From: Octopus bimaculoides
Lineage: Eukaryota
Assembly (NCBI RefSeq): GCF_001194135.2
Contig: NC_068982.1
Coordinates: forward strand, 24,946,158-25,005,099
Length of the DNA: 58,942 nt
Reading direction: 5' to 3'
The translations under genes were made by a program, and so were the position numbers. Shown in pieces: positions 1-13,105 of this stretch (positions within the stretch are counted from its first letter, which is position 1; each line of letters begins with the position of its first letter). The notes under the pieces were generated by a model, which saw nothing but the letters and a program-made list of their open reading frames with translations, had not been told where the DNA came from and did not search any database.

Positions 1-260
1 ACTGAAAACAGTTTTTTGTTTTGCTCGTGTTTTGTGGCTATTTGTATTAGTTTCCCTTGCTTCTGGAGTAGGTATTTTTGCAGTCCTATGGTGGTTATTT
101 TATAATAGTTTTCTAGCTGTATAAGACCCCTGCCACCTTCTGTGCGTTGTATATATAGCCTTTCTATGTCAGATTTTGGGTGGTGCATCCTATATCCTGT
201 CATTATTTTTCTTGTTTTCCTGTCTATTTTACATAGTTCGTTTAGTGTCCAGTTATTATA
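1..260 (-). mobile_element. R4/Dong-like non-LTR retrotransposon fragment (post-RT region), 5'-truncated, continues off the left edge
   Basis: Minus-strand stop-free frame reads NWTLNELCKIDRKTRKIMTGYRMHHPKSDIERLYIQRTEGGRGLIQLENYYKITTIGLQKYL. This matches the W..EL..+DRKTRK+MT..HHPK.D..RLY+.R.EGGRGL block typical of R4/Dong-type ORFs. Confidence 0.85.
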
Positions 261-407
261 CTGGACGGTGTCTATTCTTTTTAACGCAGCATTCCATTTA
301 ATCGTTCACCCATTAAGCATATTTTATCCGACATATATTTCGCTATATTTATCTAAATGATTCATTGTTCGTTACGCCTTTTGTAAGATACAGAGACGAG
401 ACACTTT

Positions 408-448
408 GTCTACTGACGAAACTTAAGCAAGTAGAACTATGTCTGAAC
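408..448 (+). ncRNA. Decayed minimal hammerhead-ribozyme-like motif (possible Penelope-like pseudo-LTR remnant)
   Basis: CTGACGA at 413-419, a 4-bp stem ACTT/AAGT, degenerate GAAC..ATGTC, and a partial helix I GTCTA/TGAAC. The core is mutated. Confidence 0.3.
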
Positions 449-1261
449 TGGTCTCCCATACTTGACGGGCACATGAAAAATATAATATTAAGCGTCGTCT
501 AGTATTATGTTTCCCTCGATGTATATGTTACGGTTTTAATGTTCTGCGCATTGAACATGCTCTCTCTCATCAAAGTAGTATTCATCATGCGCATAGCGTC
601 TTATAATTATTTAATTGATGAATATGTGACTAGTTGGATTAATTTCAAGAAAGATTACGATGTGGAACATGACTTCAATGTTCAGTGAAACTCATAAATA
701 TTTGGTATTGCCAACAATTTGATTCAACTAATACAATAACAAATGTCATATTTGAGAACCAATTTATACGCAAGTGGGAAATATCATTGATATATATCAA
801 TTAAGTGATGTATAAGACGTTATCCAACTGCTTTCCCTTCTTATAGTAATTGCATTATACAGAAGAATACAGAAGATTGAAAGTGTATATTAACTTTCAA
901 AACAGAATAATGATCTTAAGCATCTGCTGTTCCTCACTTTTCTAAGGATGAAAAGCAAATTATCTCTCACTTTCAGTCTATCAATGTCAGTACTGAAGAC
1001 ATTAGAAGAAAATATAGCATTTCAAAATGAGCTACGATAAAAATGAAAATGATAAGATCTGACGATAATAATGGGATAGAAACAGCAGTTAGGAATAATA
1101 GGTGATGTAATCATGGAGTAATAGGAATAAGCAGTTAGAAATTTCTTGTTATTGTTGTTCCATCGCAACAATCCCAATCTTGTTTTTTCATGCAACACAT
1201 TTAGACATAGAATAACAAAATCTTATTTCTCGTGTTTTATATGAATGGAATATCTTTGATT

Positions 1262-1500
1262 ATTCTAGCAGATGGAACAGATAATTTGATAGTTAATTCT
1301 AGCAGAGATAGCAACTAATTTGGTTGCAATTTCTACAAGAGTAAGCAACTAATTTTGCAGCACATTCTAACAGATGAAAATTGCTAATTGAGATTCTAAT
1401 TCTAGCTAATGGAAGCAACAAAATGGTTCCTAATTCTAGAAAAAGATAATAACTTATCTTGTTAACTCTTGCAGATACTTCATTGCTAATTTGGTTGCTA
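1262..1500 (+). repeat. Degenerate ~34-bp minisatellite, about 7 units
   Basis: Units of 32-36 bp each begin with an ATTCTA(G)CA-like motif and most contain (G)CAACTAATTT/TTGCTAATT, e.g. attctagcagagatagcaactaatttggttgca. Confidence 0.7.
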
Positions 1501-1879
1501 GATTAAGCGGACAATCCTTTTGTGTTTTACATTCAGGAAGCTAGCTCAATTAAAAGAACAATGGGGGGAAATGTTAAGTGTGATGGTACATAAGTTACAA
1601 TTCGAGAAATACAATATTAACGCATGTGATTCTGTGTATAATTTGAAACTTAATATATTAAGGAACCTAATTCCACCGCACTGTATTAAAACAAATACAA
1701 TAGATTGTAACTGATATCTTCCAATTAAACATTCTGTAGTTTTGGAGACAAAAGGTGTTTGTCTGTTTAAGTACTAAATGTATAAACTTTTTAAAGAGAA
1801 GAACAAAATAAGACTAAGCAAAATAATTATCGATATATTTTCTCCATTTGACTCAAGGGTAAATCACGTCACCATTTAT

Positions 1880-2075
1880 AAGTGACCTGCACACATTTCT
1901 CATATCATCTATTTCTGTCGAGGGATCCTTTATCGTTCCATATATCAGATTAGTCATCCTCCATCTGTTCTTTCGGGTAATTCTTGAAGATTTTGTTTCA
2001 ATCCTCCCTCTTATATGCTTGAGGAGAATTCTTTCGAAAAGAGGGAGCCCCTTATGTATTTATTTTCCACTCTTT
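1880..2075 (-). mobile_element. Small decayed LINE RT fragment (RTE-like)
   Basis: Minus frame LFERILLKHIRGRIETKSSRITRKNRWRMTNLIY resembles the K+FERI+L.RI..+IE...GFRK.R.T.DLI+ segment of LINE RTs. Confidence 0.35.
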
Positions 2076-2619
2076 CCTTCTCACTTTATTTGGATTTCAC
2101 TCATTATAATAACTGACAAAGTGTTGGACAATGTCTGAGTAAGTAATACTCATTAAAATTTATTTCTATTTTCCAAACGAAATTATGTATTTTAACTGTA
2201 TATCGTCTCCATTGCTCGTATAGCACATGTAAACACGCTTGATACATTACAATCCAATCAATACCAGACCATCTCTGTCCCCAAACACCATGCACAAAAG
2301 AAACCATTAATAGATTAAATAATACCGGTATTATTCAACCCAAGAATGACAATCGTACTTTAAATTTGTTACATAAAATGTTCGAAAAACTACACGTACG
2401 AAACCATTTAACACCGGAAACGAACGGACCGGTGCTCTACGAAAATGACCGTCAAAATAAAGGGCCGGACGTTATTCCTCATGTCGCGCAAATAAAATCA
2501 AAATAGCATAAATGTACACGTGAGGAATATATTTCAATCTTACACGCTTATTTTACAACTGTGCTCTATCGAAAGAACGAAAACAGACAACATATACATA
2601 TAAAATCTATCAATACTAT

Positions 2620-5560
2620 CTTTGAAATATGGAATGTTGAATTCTTCTCGAAATTGAGAACACTGACAGAGCAGAAACACGCACATCTCTAGTGTTAAAA
2701 GAACTGGTTAGACTCAATGAGTTAAACACGAGTTTTAGGTTGGGGAAGATTGGAAGGAACTGGTTCTAGCTATACATTTTGTCGGAAAGGTAAGAATGAA
2801 GGCAGGGGAGAATTCTATGCTATAAAAATCTGCAGCATAACAGACCATCACTTAACGCCAAATGTCATGAACAAATGACGAATGACTCATCGCCTACCAC
2901 TTCCTGAAGAAAATTATATCACCATCATTTCTGCTTATGTTCCAAATCTTGATGCAGATACAGTAAAGAATCACATATGCCATCATCTAAGTAACATCAT
3001 TTTCAACATACCACCGAAGGACAAACTCTTGTTACTACGAGATTTCAAAGCAAGTGTAGGAAAGTATCATCGCCTATGGGAAAATGCCATCGGTAAAGAA
3101 GGCGTTGGGAATTGCAGCTCCAATGAACATCTGTTACTACGTCTAAGTCTATGACTGGAACATAATTTATTCCTCATGAATACTCAATTTCGACTTCCAA
3201 TACGCTTTAAGATCACGTATATTCATCCCCGATCCAAACACTAGCATTTGATAGACTATGCCATCATACAGCAACAAGACATAAGAGGCTTCTTTATCAT
3301 CAAGGTGGGCCTTAAGGTCCACGAATACTGGACAGATCATCGCCTTATCATCACATGCATGAGAATCACCATTCGTAAAAAAAGGAAGAGTCTGCAACAT
3401 CAACAACCATCTCGTAGAAAATATGCCATCGCAAACTTCAGAACCATGACACCGCAACCATTTTTGAATCCAAAATAAGTCAGAAAATTTCTTCTAATCC
3501 AGTAAACGAAGAAATCGTTGATGAAGAACGGAGAGCCATTCGCTACAAAGTCACAGAAACAGCAAACACTGTATTCAGCTTCACTAATATCAAAAACCAG
3601 GACTGCTTTGATGATAACAAAATTGAAATTAACAATCTGAATCAAGCAAAAATGAATGCACGTCGGACTCGTGAACAAAAGATAGAATATGCAGACTAAA
3701 GAAAAATAAAGCATTTCCAGAATCTAAAACAGGAAGGTGGCAAGAATAGACAGTTGAACGTTAGGGCTATGCAGATGTAAGTGACCTCAGAAATTATTTT
3801 ATGCCGGAACAGAAGAACTATTTGGACCAGTACAAGCATCAACTGGACTCTTATAGCAGCTGACAATACAAACATTCTGATGGATCCAGGAAACATACTC
3901 TTTCGCTGGAAAGATCATTTTCCACCTCCCTAAACAGAAACTCGAACACCGCTGGAAAACTCCTAAAACATGTTGCAAATCATCTTCTTTAGCTGTAGAA
4001 GAACATGAGGCATACTTTACAACAATCTAAGCAAGCGATGAAGCAAATATCAAGGAAACCTCATGGCTTCAAAAAGTTAACCGAAAACTTGTGAGAACTT
4101 GAGAGGAATATCATTACTCTGCATACCTGGAAAGGTTTTTGTCACGGTCCTTCTAAACAGACACCGGATCATAAACGAAATGTAGATTCCGTTCCCTTCG
4201 TGATACAATCGACAATATATTGTGTGAAAGGAAGCTCCAAGAGAAATGCAAATACGAAAAAAAGCCTACTTTCCTTGTTTTTCATGACTTAGAAAAAGGC
4301 CTTTCATACCGTTCCAGGTGCTGCTGTGTGGAGGCTTCTTTATTGCTTTGGATGTCGTGATCATTTTAGCTCTCCGCTTCAAATGATGCATAATAATATA
4401 TCTGGACCTGTGTTCTACTAAAACATGCTGTCAGAATTTCCCATCACGTGCTGACGAAACCAAGAATGAAGCTTGGTATCTGCAGTATTCTCCTTATATC
4501 TGGCTGCATTCCTTTGCAAATTTCCTCCAGACAATCCAGGAGTATACATTAGATATCGCTATGATATACTAAACATCTAACACACACGCAACACATCGTA
4601 GAACTTCAGTATGCTAATGACGGTGCTGCCCTCTGTCATTCAAAAGAGGAAAGCCAAGAGTTTGTAATCAACTCTGCAAAGGCCTACCATCGCTTAGGCC
4701 TTACAGTAAACATCAAGTAAACCAAGGTCCTTACACATCCAACCCGAAATACCATCTTTCCAAATCATATTACCATCTCTAATACACTTCTCGAACAAAT
4801 AGAGCATTTACCATATCTAGGCAGCCTTTTATAAAACAAGTGCACGTCAGAAAAGGACATTGAACACAGAATTGGAGCGGGAACGAATTGGAACGCTAAT
4901 AAAATGCGTCTTCATCAACAAAGATCTGAACTTAAGAATGAAAATTATGGTCTATAATATTGTTGTTATTTCAACCTTGCTAGATGACAACGACACCAAA
5001 TCCATAGCGTCCCAAAGTTAGAATGTTTTCAACAGAATCTTCGCTTAATTTTAAGCATCAAATGGAAACATTTTGGCACGAACCACAATGTTCTGGAAGC
5101 CAACAGTCATGTCACTGAGTCGCTGATCATGAACCATGGTTAGGGATGTAGCAAAATGGAAATGTCAAGGTTCCCACATCAAGTTTTATTCAGCGAGCTC
5201 ACTTCAAGGAAAAGACTACGAGATCTAAGGACCAATTCAAAACAACTCTGAAAGTTCTTGTGACTTGAGCCTAAATCGTTTGAAATAAAATCGTTGAAAC
5301 AAGATCTTTAAACAAGATCGAGACAATACCAAGTAGTGGTGCTCCATAACCATTGGAACCAAAATCTTCGAAGCCACAAGAAGACACGGAAGAATTCAAA
5401 TGACTGCAGAAGAAACCGTGACAAAATGAAACTCGTCTTCGAACAACATTATCATGCAGTCAATGTCATCGACTCTTCTTTTCAAGAATTGGTCAAGTTA
5501 GTCATCAAAGCCACCATCATAAAGGAAGCATTCAGCAGAAGAGAAACAAAATTTTGAGGT
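2620..5560 (+). mobile_element. Decayed RTE-clade LINE: APE endonuclease plus RT, with many stops and frameshifts
   Basis: WNV start, TIISAYVP, LLLRDFKASVG, GKEGVGNC, IDYAII and TDHRLI endonuclease motifs. RT motifs: RGISLLCIPGKVF, KLQEKCK..KPTFLVFHDLEK, LQYAND (YADD equivalent, about 4610) and HLPYLGS. Confidence 0.9.
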
Positions 5561-5574
5561 ACGATGAAGCCGGC

Positions 5575-6130
5575 GTAATTCGTTTTGAGAGTCTGTGCAG
5601 CGTTTTAAGTCGCCCTTCTTCAGCCATTGCCGCACATTATTCCAGTCAATCACATATCTATACTTCTAGAACTGTGTACGTGTTCTTGCTTTGCCAAGCT
5701 TCCCCTTCCGTTGTTTTTCCTGAGTTTTTAAAAATTATTTTGGGTCCAGCGCATCATTATGTTTTAAGGTTCCATTCATTTTCACTGCTTTAAACATTTT
5801 TCTACCCTTGACATACCACGTAAGGTTGTTCCCTTCCTCTCTTACACAACCCTCACAACTCACTAATCGCCTTTCAATGTTTTTTCTTCTTTACATGCAG
5901 TCTTACCATATCAATTTTAGGGTTTAGTTCCTTGTTCATTGTATTTTGTTTACGTGTTGTGCGACCTATCTCTTGTAATTACTACTTTTTCCCGTCCCAT
6001 ACCTCTTCAAATGGGCAGCCTAACTGCTGATCGCTTTGATCTTACTGCATCCATTTAGCACAAATTGGGTTCTCATCGGATACTCGATTCTGAAGATTTC
6101 TTTCGTCTTGACTTCATTTATCTAATTAAT
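5575..6130 (-). mobile_element. Decayed R4/Dong-like LINE fragment (post-RT region), tail-to-tail with the RTE copy
   Basis: Minus-strand pieces TRKQNTMNKELNPKIDMVRLHVKKK and W.NVRQWLKKGDLKR are homologous to the fragments at 1-260 and 47331-48790. Confidence 0.7.
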
Positions 6131-8521
6131 TTCAATAATATCCAGTTATTCTATATCATGGTAACGATGATGAACAACATGGATGTGCTACACCGGAGTC
6201 TCCATTCAAAAACAAATCTAATCTAATAACATTAGTGGAATGGGACAAAGGACCCTGTGGAAGACTTGAAGGAAGTGGCCTTTTAACGAAACTAATCACA
6301 AAAACGAAAATTTTCTGCCATACAAAGCGCAATTTCTCCCATGCACGATGTCTAGTGTAACATGTGCGAAAGATCCATGCGAAATCAAAATCGAAAAGTT
6401 TACAAATCATAAAATATAAGTGTTAGAGCAAAAATCATATCAGAGGTTACTTCCAGTTATTTCTCTTAATTTATAACTTTTTTAATCATTCTGCAAATTA
6501 CATGCGCAATAACTGGTTTTTACCCCGTTTTGTATAAGTCTATGTCCCTTGGCTGCTGGAAATATAGCCTTTTCGTTCTGAATATGGCTATTAAGCAGCA
6601 AACGCTTATTAATGATTGTCTTCTTATATTTAAACGTTAACTTCTCCTTTTACTTAGTAGTATGTCCGACGTGTTTATCCCTCTTCTCCAATGTCCCTGC
6701 TCATAGGTGCCATTTCGTAATGATGATACTTCCTGTAGATTCGCTAATAATTTGAATAATTCAAGAATTTTCGTGGTAGAGCTTTTGTCATACCGGCATA
6801 TATATACATATCTAGAGATAGATAGATAGACAGATAAACACATACGCACGCACACACGTATACATATATATGCCGTGTGTGTGTAAGTGTGTGTGTCGAA
6901 AGAGATAGAGAGACATACAGAGTGGCAATGAGAGAAATTTATATTTGGCGTGTCAGAGATATTTAATGTTTAAGCAATTCTCTTCTTCATGCCAGCTGTT
7001 AAACTTTCAAGTGTAATAAATTCTCGATTTATTCGACAATTTACGTCAGTTACACTTCCATTGATGCTCAGATAATGATACAAGGACGTACGCACACAGT
7101 TATATGTAGTTGTCTTTTATACTGTTAGAAAAACATATTAGTCATTAGGCATCGCATAAAAGTATTTTACTCTCACCGCATGTTTACGTTCATTATTCTA
7201 ATACACGACTTATTCAATATACTTTCTAACATTTATCAGTGAAATGGTACAATGCTTCATATTTATCAGTAATAAATATTCAACTGTGTATAGTTTTTTT
7301 TCTTTCTACTACTTTTATTACACCATTTTTATGAGAAGACCATAATACATATTTTATTTTGCATCATAGCAAACGACTGCTTTTAATAGGTAATACAAAC
7401 ATATCAATAATTTCATGCTCACTTTCTATATACTAATTTTCGTTCCTTAAAATATATGTTGTTTTGTATGTAACGCACAAGTTTAATATAGAATAAATAA
7501 ATTCAACTATTATTTCTGTATGACATAAAAACACTTATTTTCTTCTTGGTTGGTCAATGGGGGTAATAGTGTTTGTATGTGAACAAATATCTTTGTTATT
7601 CGTTTGCGTTCTCATGCATTACTGTAGTTTTGTTACCTGATTGTCCCCGTATGTTAATAAAGAGCTGTGTGATCTTACTAATTTGCAGATAATTTCTTGA
7701 AGTCAATTAGAAACTCCTAATAGGATTTTCATTCAGTTTATATTTCATCTGTCCTCTTCACATAGGTATCTTTGTATCTTTTTAAAAATGTTATGCCATG
7801 TATTGTATTTTATTCAGTTTCTCTATAAGCATTCACCAGTTCATCAACATACTATTGAATATGGTGCCAGATGTATTGATTTATAGACATTTTTAAAAGC
7901 CATAATTTTACGAAAAATCAAAACCAACGATAACGGATCGAAAAATTATTTCATCAAATGCAGAATGCTGGAAAGTAGAAATGGGATTGAGAAAATATAA
8001 TTTGCAACAACATCTCGCATGGTAAAGACTTGTATTTAGTTCAGTCTTATAATAGCAACAGTGCTCACTCACAACATAAATAAATGGAATACATGTAGTC
8101 CGTCTTCTGCGTACTCAGTTTAAAATTTTACCTCGACCACATTGTTGCTTACCAATTCAAGAAAATATGTACAAGCCATATTCATCTGCCCACTCATTCG
8201 ATTATCAACAAATTTCTATCAAGGATATTGATTGTTGATGAACTTCTATAACTGATAAAAAAGAAAAAAAAAACGTTCACTTAGATGCTCCGCTTGAACA
8301 CACACTCAATATATGGGGAAACATATTTTTATCGTTACTAATCATAGTTTTATCTATAATTTTTATTTTCCAAATCACCCGTCTGAATATTTTCGGCTTT
8401 GTATGTGTATGATTCTGCATGTTTTATATGTGTGTGCATATATGTATACATACGCACCTACGCACACGCAAACACACACGCACACACAAACACGCGCGCA
8501 TACACATATATAAGGGTAAAA

Positions 8522-8831
8522 GCCTCCTTTGATAATGAATGACTATGGAATTGCCCTCCAAGTCCGGCCAACGTTGTTTCTGGAAGACCAACAGTCACCC
8601 ATGCGTACCAAACTCCCCTCTCCACGCCGTCGATGTTATCCAAGGAAAAGGAAGAGACCGGTACAGCTTGGTACCAGTGACAACGCAACTCATTTCTTTA
8701 GCTGAGTGAACTGGAACAACATGAAATAAAGTGTTTTGCTCAAGAACGCAACACGCTGACCGATCTAGGAATCGAACTCACGGCTCATGATTGTGATCTC
8801 GACACTCTAACTACTGACTCATGCGCCTTCA
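8522..8831 (-). mobile_element. tRNA-derived SINE with CORE-like central domain
   Basis: The minus strand has A-box-like and B-box (GAGTTCGATTCC) sequences, then CTTGAGCAAAACACTTTATTTC..CCAGTTCACTCAGCT..AAATGAGT. Head and centre are shared with the copy at 47010. Confidence 0.8.
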
Positions 8832-8832
8832 T

Positions 8833-8985
8833 AGAAATGATAATCCTTTCTACTTAAAGCAGAATACCTGAAATTTTCGGGGAGGGGGGGTAGTCAATTA
8901 CATTGCCCCCAATGTTACATTGGCACTTAATTTATCGACTCCGAAATAATGAGTCGACCTCAGCAGAATTTGAACCTACAACGTA
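8833..8985 (-). mobile_element. Partial SINE of the most abundant family in the window (GTCGACTTTGCCTTTCATCCTTTCGGGGTCGATAAA-type centre)
   Basis: Similar to the copies at 38340, 41350, 44090, 56745 and 56950. A B-box-like GTTCAAATTC lies on the minus strand. Confidence 0.65.
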
Positions 8986-9347
8986 TGGGGAGGGGTGTCT
9001 GTGTGTTTGTGTGTGTATTTGATATTGTATACACACAGACACACACACACACACATATCTCTACGCAACTCAGTAGGGTACCTAGTATTTCATAGACATC
9101 TGGTATCACAATTTTTGTAACATCAAGAATATATCGTTATCCAGAAAGAAGGTTGTTTTTCAATTATTAAATACACACGCTTTAGCTGCAAGGATTTGTG
9201 GATTTATACTCATGTGCTTCGAGATCCACTAACCCCAACATTCTCCCCCACCAATTATTATTTCAGATTCTTTCCAAAGTTTATAAAATTTTATATCAAC
9301 AATATACAATTCTCACAGATAAGAATATGGTTAGAAAGAATTTCAAG

Positions 9348-9418
9348 GAATCTTTAGTTCAATGGTAGGACACCATTCATTTCTACAAGAGATGAATGTT
9401 CGACTCCTACAGGAAGCC
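9348..9418 (+). pseudogene. Isolated tRNA-like relic (pseudo-tRNA)
   Basis: tRNA spacing with TAGTTCAATGG A-box, intact D-stem GTTC/GGAC, T-loop TTCGACT and 5 of 7 acceptor pairs. The anticodon stem is broken, so isotype is not assignable. Confidence 0.45.
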
Positions 9419-9812
9419 TTCGATTTCTTCTATCCGAAACAATTTTTCAACCCAATATGCATGATACATGACATTATTTAGAGCATTATGTATGGTACTA
9501 GTTTTAATGTTCCCAAAAAGAATATATGTATATATGTATGTGTATGTATCTGTGTGTAAGAGTGTGAGAGAGAAAGAGACAGACATACCAATATACGGAT
9601 ACCATATTCCTAGGATGTTTGAACAAAAATATCAGTATTAAATAAGATAATGATTGTAGATAATATATAGCAGAGATAGATGGAAGAAACACCTGATACT
9701 AGGAATATCAAAAAATATGTGCGAGTGTATGTGAGTGTGTGTATAATTTTACTAATTACATAGATTTAAGTATATTTTATAATATACAATTCCATAGTTA
9801 TATCACTTTTGA

Positions 9813-9815
<3 letters not shown>

Positions 9816-9868
<53 letters not shown>
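9816..9868. repeat. (TA)n microsatellite
   Basis: Direct reading. Confidence 0.95.
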
Positions 9869-9869
<1 letters not shown>

Positions 9870-12648
9870 CTATCATGTGCTTTTACCATTAGTATATGGC
9901 GTAACTACAATAAAAAGGATGTTTATGTTCTAGATATATTTTCAACTCTATCTGCGCTATCATAATTTTCCGGTCATGTATACGAGTTATATGTATGTAT
10001 TATGTATGTATGTATGTATGTATGTATGTATGTATGTACGCGTTGTTTCTAGAAACAATAAATCATTCTCTTAAATTGCTGGCGAAATACAGGATAGAAA
10101 TAATATCAAGAGGAAATATTATTTACGATATCCTAAAAGTCAATTTCCCACGTATATTCTTTTTAATGTTTTATCTTGAGGTTTCATAAAATTTTCAAAA
10201 ATCTTGAAATCAATAACGTAGTTTAATAATCTAGTCTAGGATGTTTGAGTGTTGTATACGATCATTTATTATTATTATATTCTCTGCAGATTGCTTATAT
10301 CGCCTATAGCAAAAATGATGCCCGTTACTTATATCAACCGGAAATTAACATCGAAGTACTTGGATTCTGTAATCATATTTTATACGTACAATTCAAATTA
10401 CAGAAGATACAAATATATTTATCATCAAACTAATAATGCATAATGTGGTAGTATATTTACTTTGTATGTATATAACAAATTAAATCATATTAATTTGAAT
10501 ATTTCCTCCTTCAAATTTGTTATCCACAAATTTAAGAGTTTCAAAGTAAAAGGATTTAGCAGATTCGGATATTTATATTTAGTGTATCACGGCTCTGAAG
10601 CAATTCACACAAGCCCTCGCACACGAAACACGCACACGAAACACAGACACAAACTGCCAAAGAAATTACACTGATATATAGTTTCTGAGCATGCTGTACA
10701 TCTTTGTAGAAATTAAAATCTACTTTGACTTATGCAACTGTGTCTATTTACAGATTATAAATTGCTGAAAGTTAAAAATGCATACAATTCTCTACTCGTT
10801 TATAGATATTCCAATTGTTTCTTTATTCATAGTCCTTCTTTCGTGTAGATAATTGTTAAGACACTATTGCATACAGCATTATTTGAATATTTTACTTAAG
10901 TTTCTGTTTCCTGGCTGCACGTTATAGAGTGCAATATATTTAGAGACGTAATGGCATTTCTAAAAATGAATTTAGTTTGTTTCTTTTTTTTAACCTTTCA
11001 AATATGTCTTCTTTATCACGAATAAGGATGAAAAAGAAAGGATAATCAACATTTCATTAAACAATATACATACAATTTCCCGAGAAATATAGAACGATGC
11101 TTAGCAGCCATAAAAAAAATGCATACTCTAGAAAAATTAATCGGTTTACTTTTAAGCAAGCATTTAAAGAATTTCTTCAAATTGACAATTGATTGAACAT
11201 ATTTTGACTGAAGGCGATACCTCTTGAATATATAACCAGTCATATGTACCTTTTTCTTTTATTTATTTATTTATTACTGTTTTTAGTGTCAAAGAGAGAA
11301 CAGCAGTTTCTTAAAAGGCCGTGCGTATATATAGAATGTTAAGTAATGAATTTAAAGAAAAAGTCTCTACGGTTGTCATGATGAATCGGAAGATCTTAAT
11401 GTTGAATGGATAGTTCCTCCTTTGGACATAGTCTGATACAATAAATATAGTTACCAAAAGCGAAACTTATTTCTTCTAAGTTCGCTCAGGCAAAACCGGT
11501 TATGTATCAACATAATAACATGTTTGCATGTTGAGCTGTACTACTAATATTTCATTAATCCTATAGCAAATCATAGGTCTATTCACTTCAATTCTTATAG
11601 TATATTTATAACCAAAGCAATTAGATAAAACCGTTGTAATAGGCATGTTTGATATATTACTTTGTGAAGAACTTAGCAAGTTTATTATCCTTTGGTGCTC
11701 ATATATTATAAGTGATTTCTCCCATGAAGGTAGAAAACAAATAATATGAAATATACTAATATGAAATGTATCGCTTCCAGTTTAAATCAATTTTATGTTG
11801 TTTCTTTTTTGGTGCAAACTTTAATCTGGCACTAAGTTAATCGGTTCTTTTGTGTGGAGATAGGTATGAATGAATACATGTATGTGTGTATATATGAATG
11901 TATGTTTGTGTGTATATATATATGGATATATTTATGTGTGTGTGGATGTAACTTATATTTAGCGATTTGTTGTTGGTTTATGTCATCATGAACATAGAAA
12001 TCATCACGCCCTCAGAAGACCACAGAATAATACCGGGCACTTTCTTAACGGATACCATAAGACAAATTGCACTACATATCGATACGAGCAAATGCTTAGC
12101 TGTCAAAATTTGGTTGAAAAACACATTTTTAGGCTGTCTCGCAGATATGAAGAATTATAAAGTAGACGAAAGAGATGACTACAAAATATTCGACTGCAGC
12201 AATTGTTGTTTCTAGAGCATTACGAGCCTGTCGCATGAAGCGTCAAAAACAGGTCTGGGCTAATGATCTGGAATAGTATTTTGTTAAGCGAATGTGTACC
12301 ATGATGAAGACATCATCCAAATGTCCTCCGTGTTTTGGAGCCAAGTGAAAAGCAATGAGGCATTGCTTTTCAACTGCAGGTCTTCCATAAACAACAATGC
12401 CTGGATTGTGCCTGGGAGAGTAATTTTCTAGATGCAATGCTATGGTCATCCATGACCAAAGGGGACAGTTCTGTATGTATGTATGCATTCATATATGAAT
12501 GTTTCTATTTATGTATGTATTACATGTATGCTTTCAATTGGAATTTTATTAAGTTTTTCGTAAATTGTCGCATTTCAAGTTAAGCGAGTTCAGAATATTT
12601 GTTAATGTGTTTGAGTCGTTGTTTTGACTGAACTGCCGAAGCGCACAA

Positions 12649-12748
<100 letters not shown>

Positions 12749-12749
12749 A

Positions 12750-13105
12750 TGTATTTATCTCAAGAATCTGAGATGAAGATTCTTTGGAACGTCTTACAAA
12801 TCATTACTGTGTTGCTAATTGGTTGGATTTCGAGCATGCGCGTTAGTTTCTTTATCTCTTTCTTTGAAAAACCTTGTATGTCTAGTTTTTTGTGTAAATC
12901 TGTAGGTACATAGGCTAATGCTCCTATGATGATAGGTAGAAGAAGTGTAAGTTCCACATGAATTCGCCGTAAATTTTCTCTTTTTCCTTGACTTTTGATG
13001 GAACATTCATACACTCTGAGCAGGTGACATGTGCAAGAGCGCATCTTATTTATTACCTGTTCTACAGAACAATATCAGGTCCTTTATGTGTGCACCGAAT
13101 TGATA
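12750..13105 (-). mobile_element. R4/Dong-like LINE 3' end (restriction-like endonuclease domain)
   Basis: Minus-strand GPDIVL (PD motif), then LTLLLPIIIGALAYVPTDLHKKL..EIQPISNTVMICK, the typical RLE C-terminus. Confidence 0.75.

Noticed and set aside
6156-6410. Minus ORF with ICKLFDFDFA resembling a kinase DFG region
   Set aside because: There are no other kinase motifs. PQG..LS in the same frame suggests decayed RT adjoining the R4 fragment instead.
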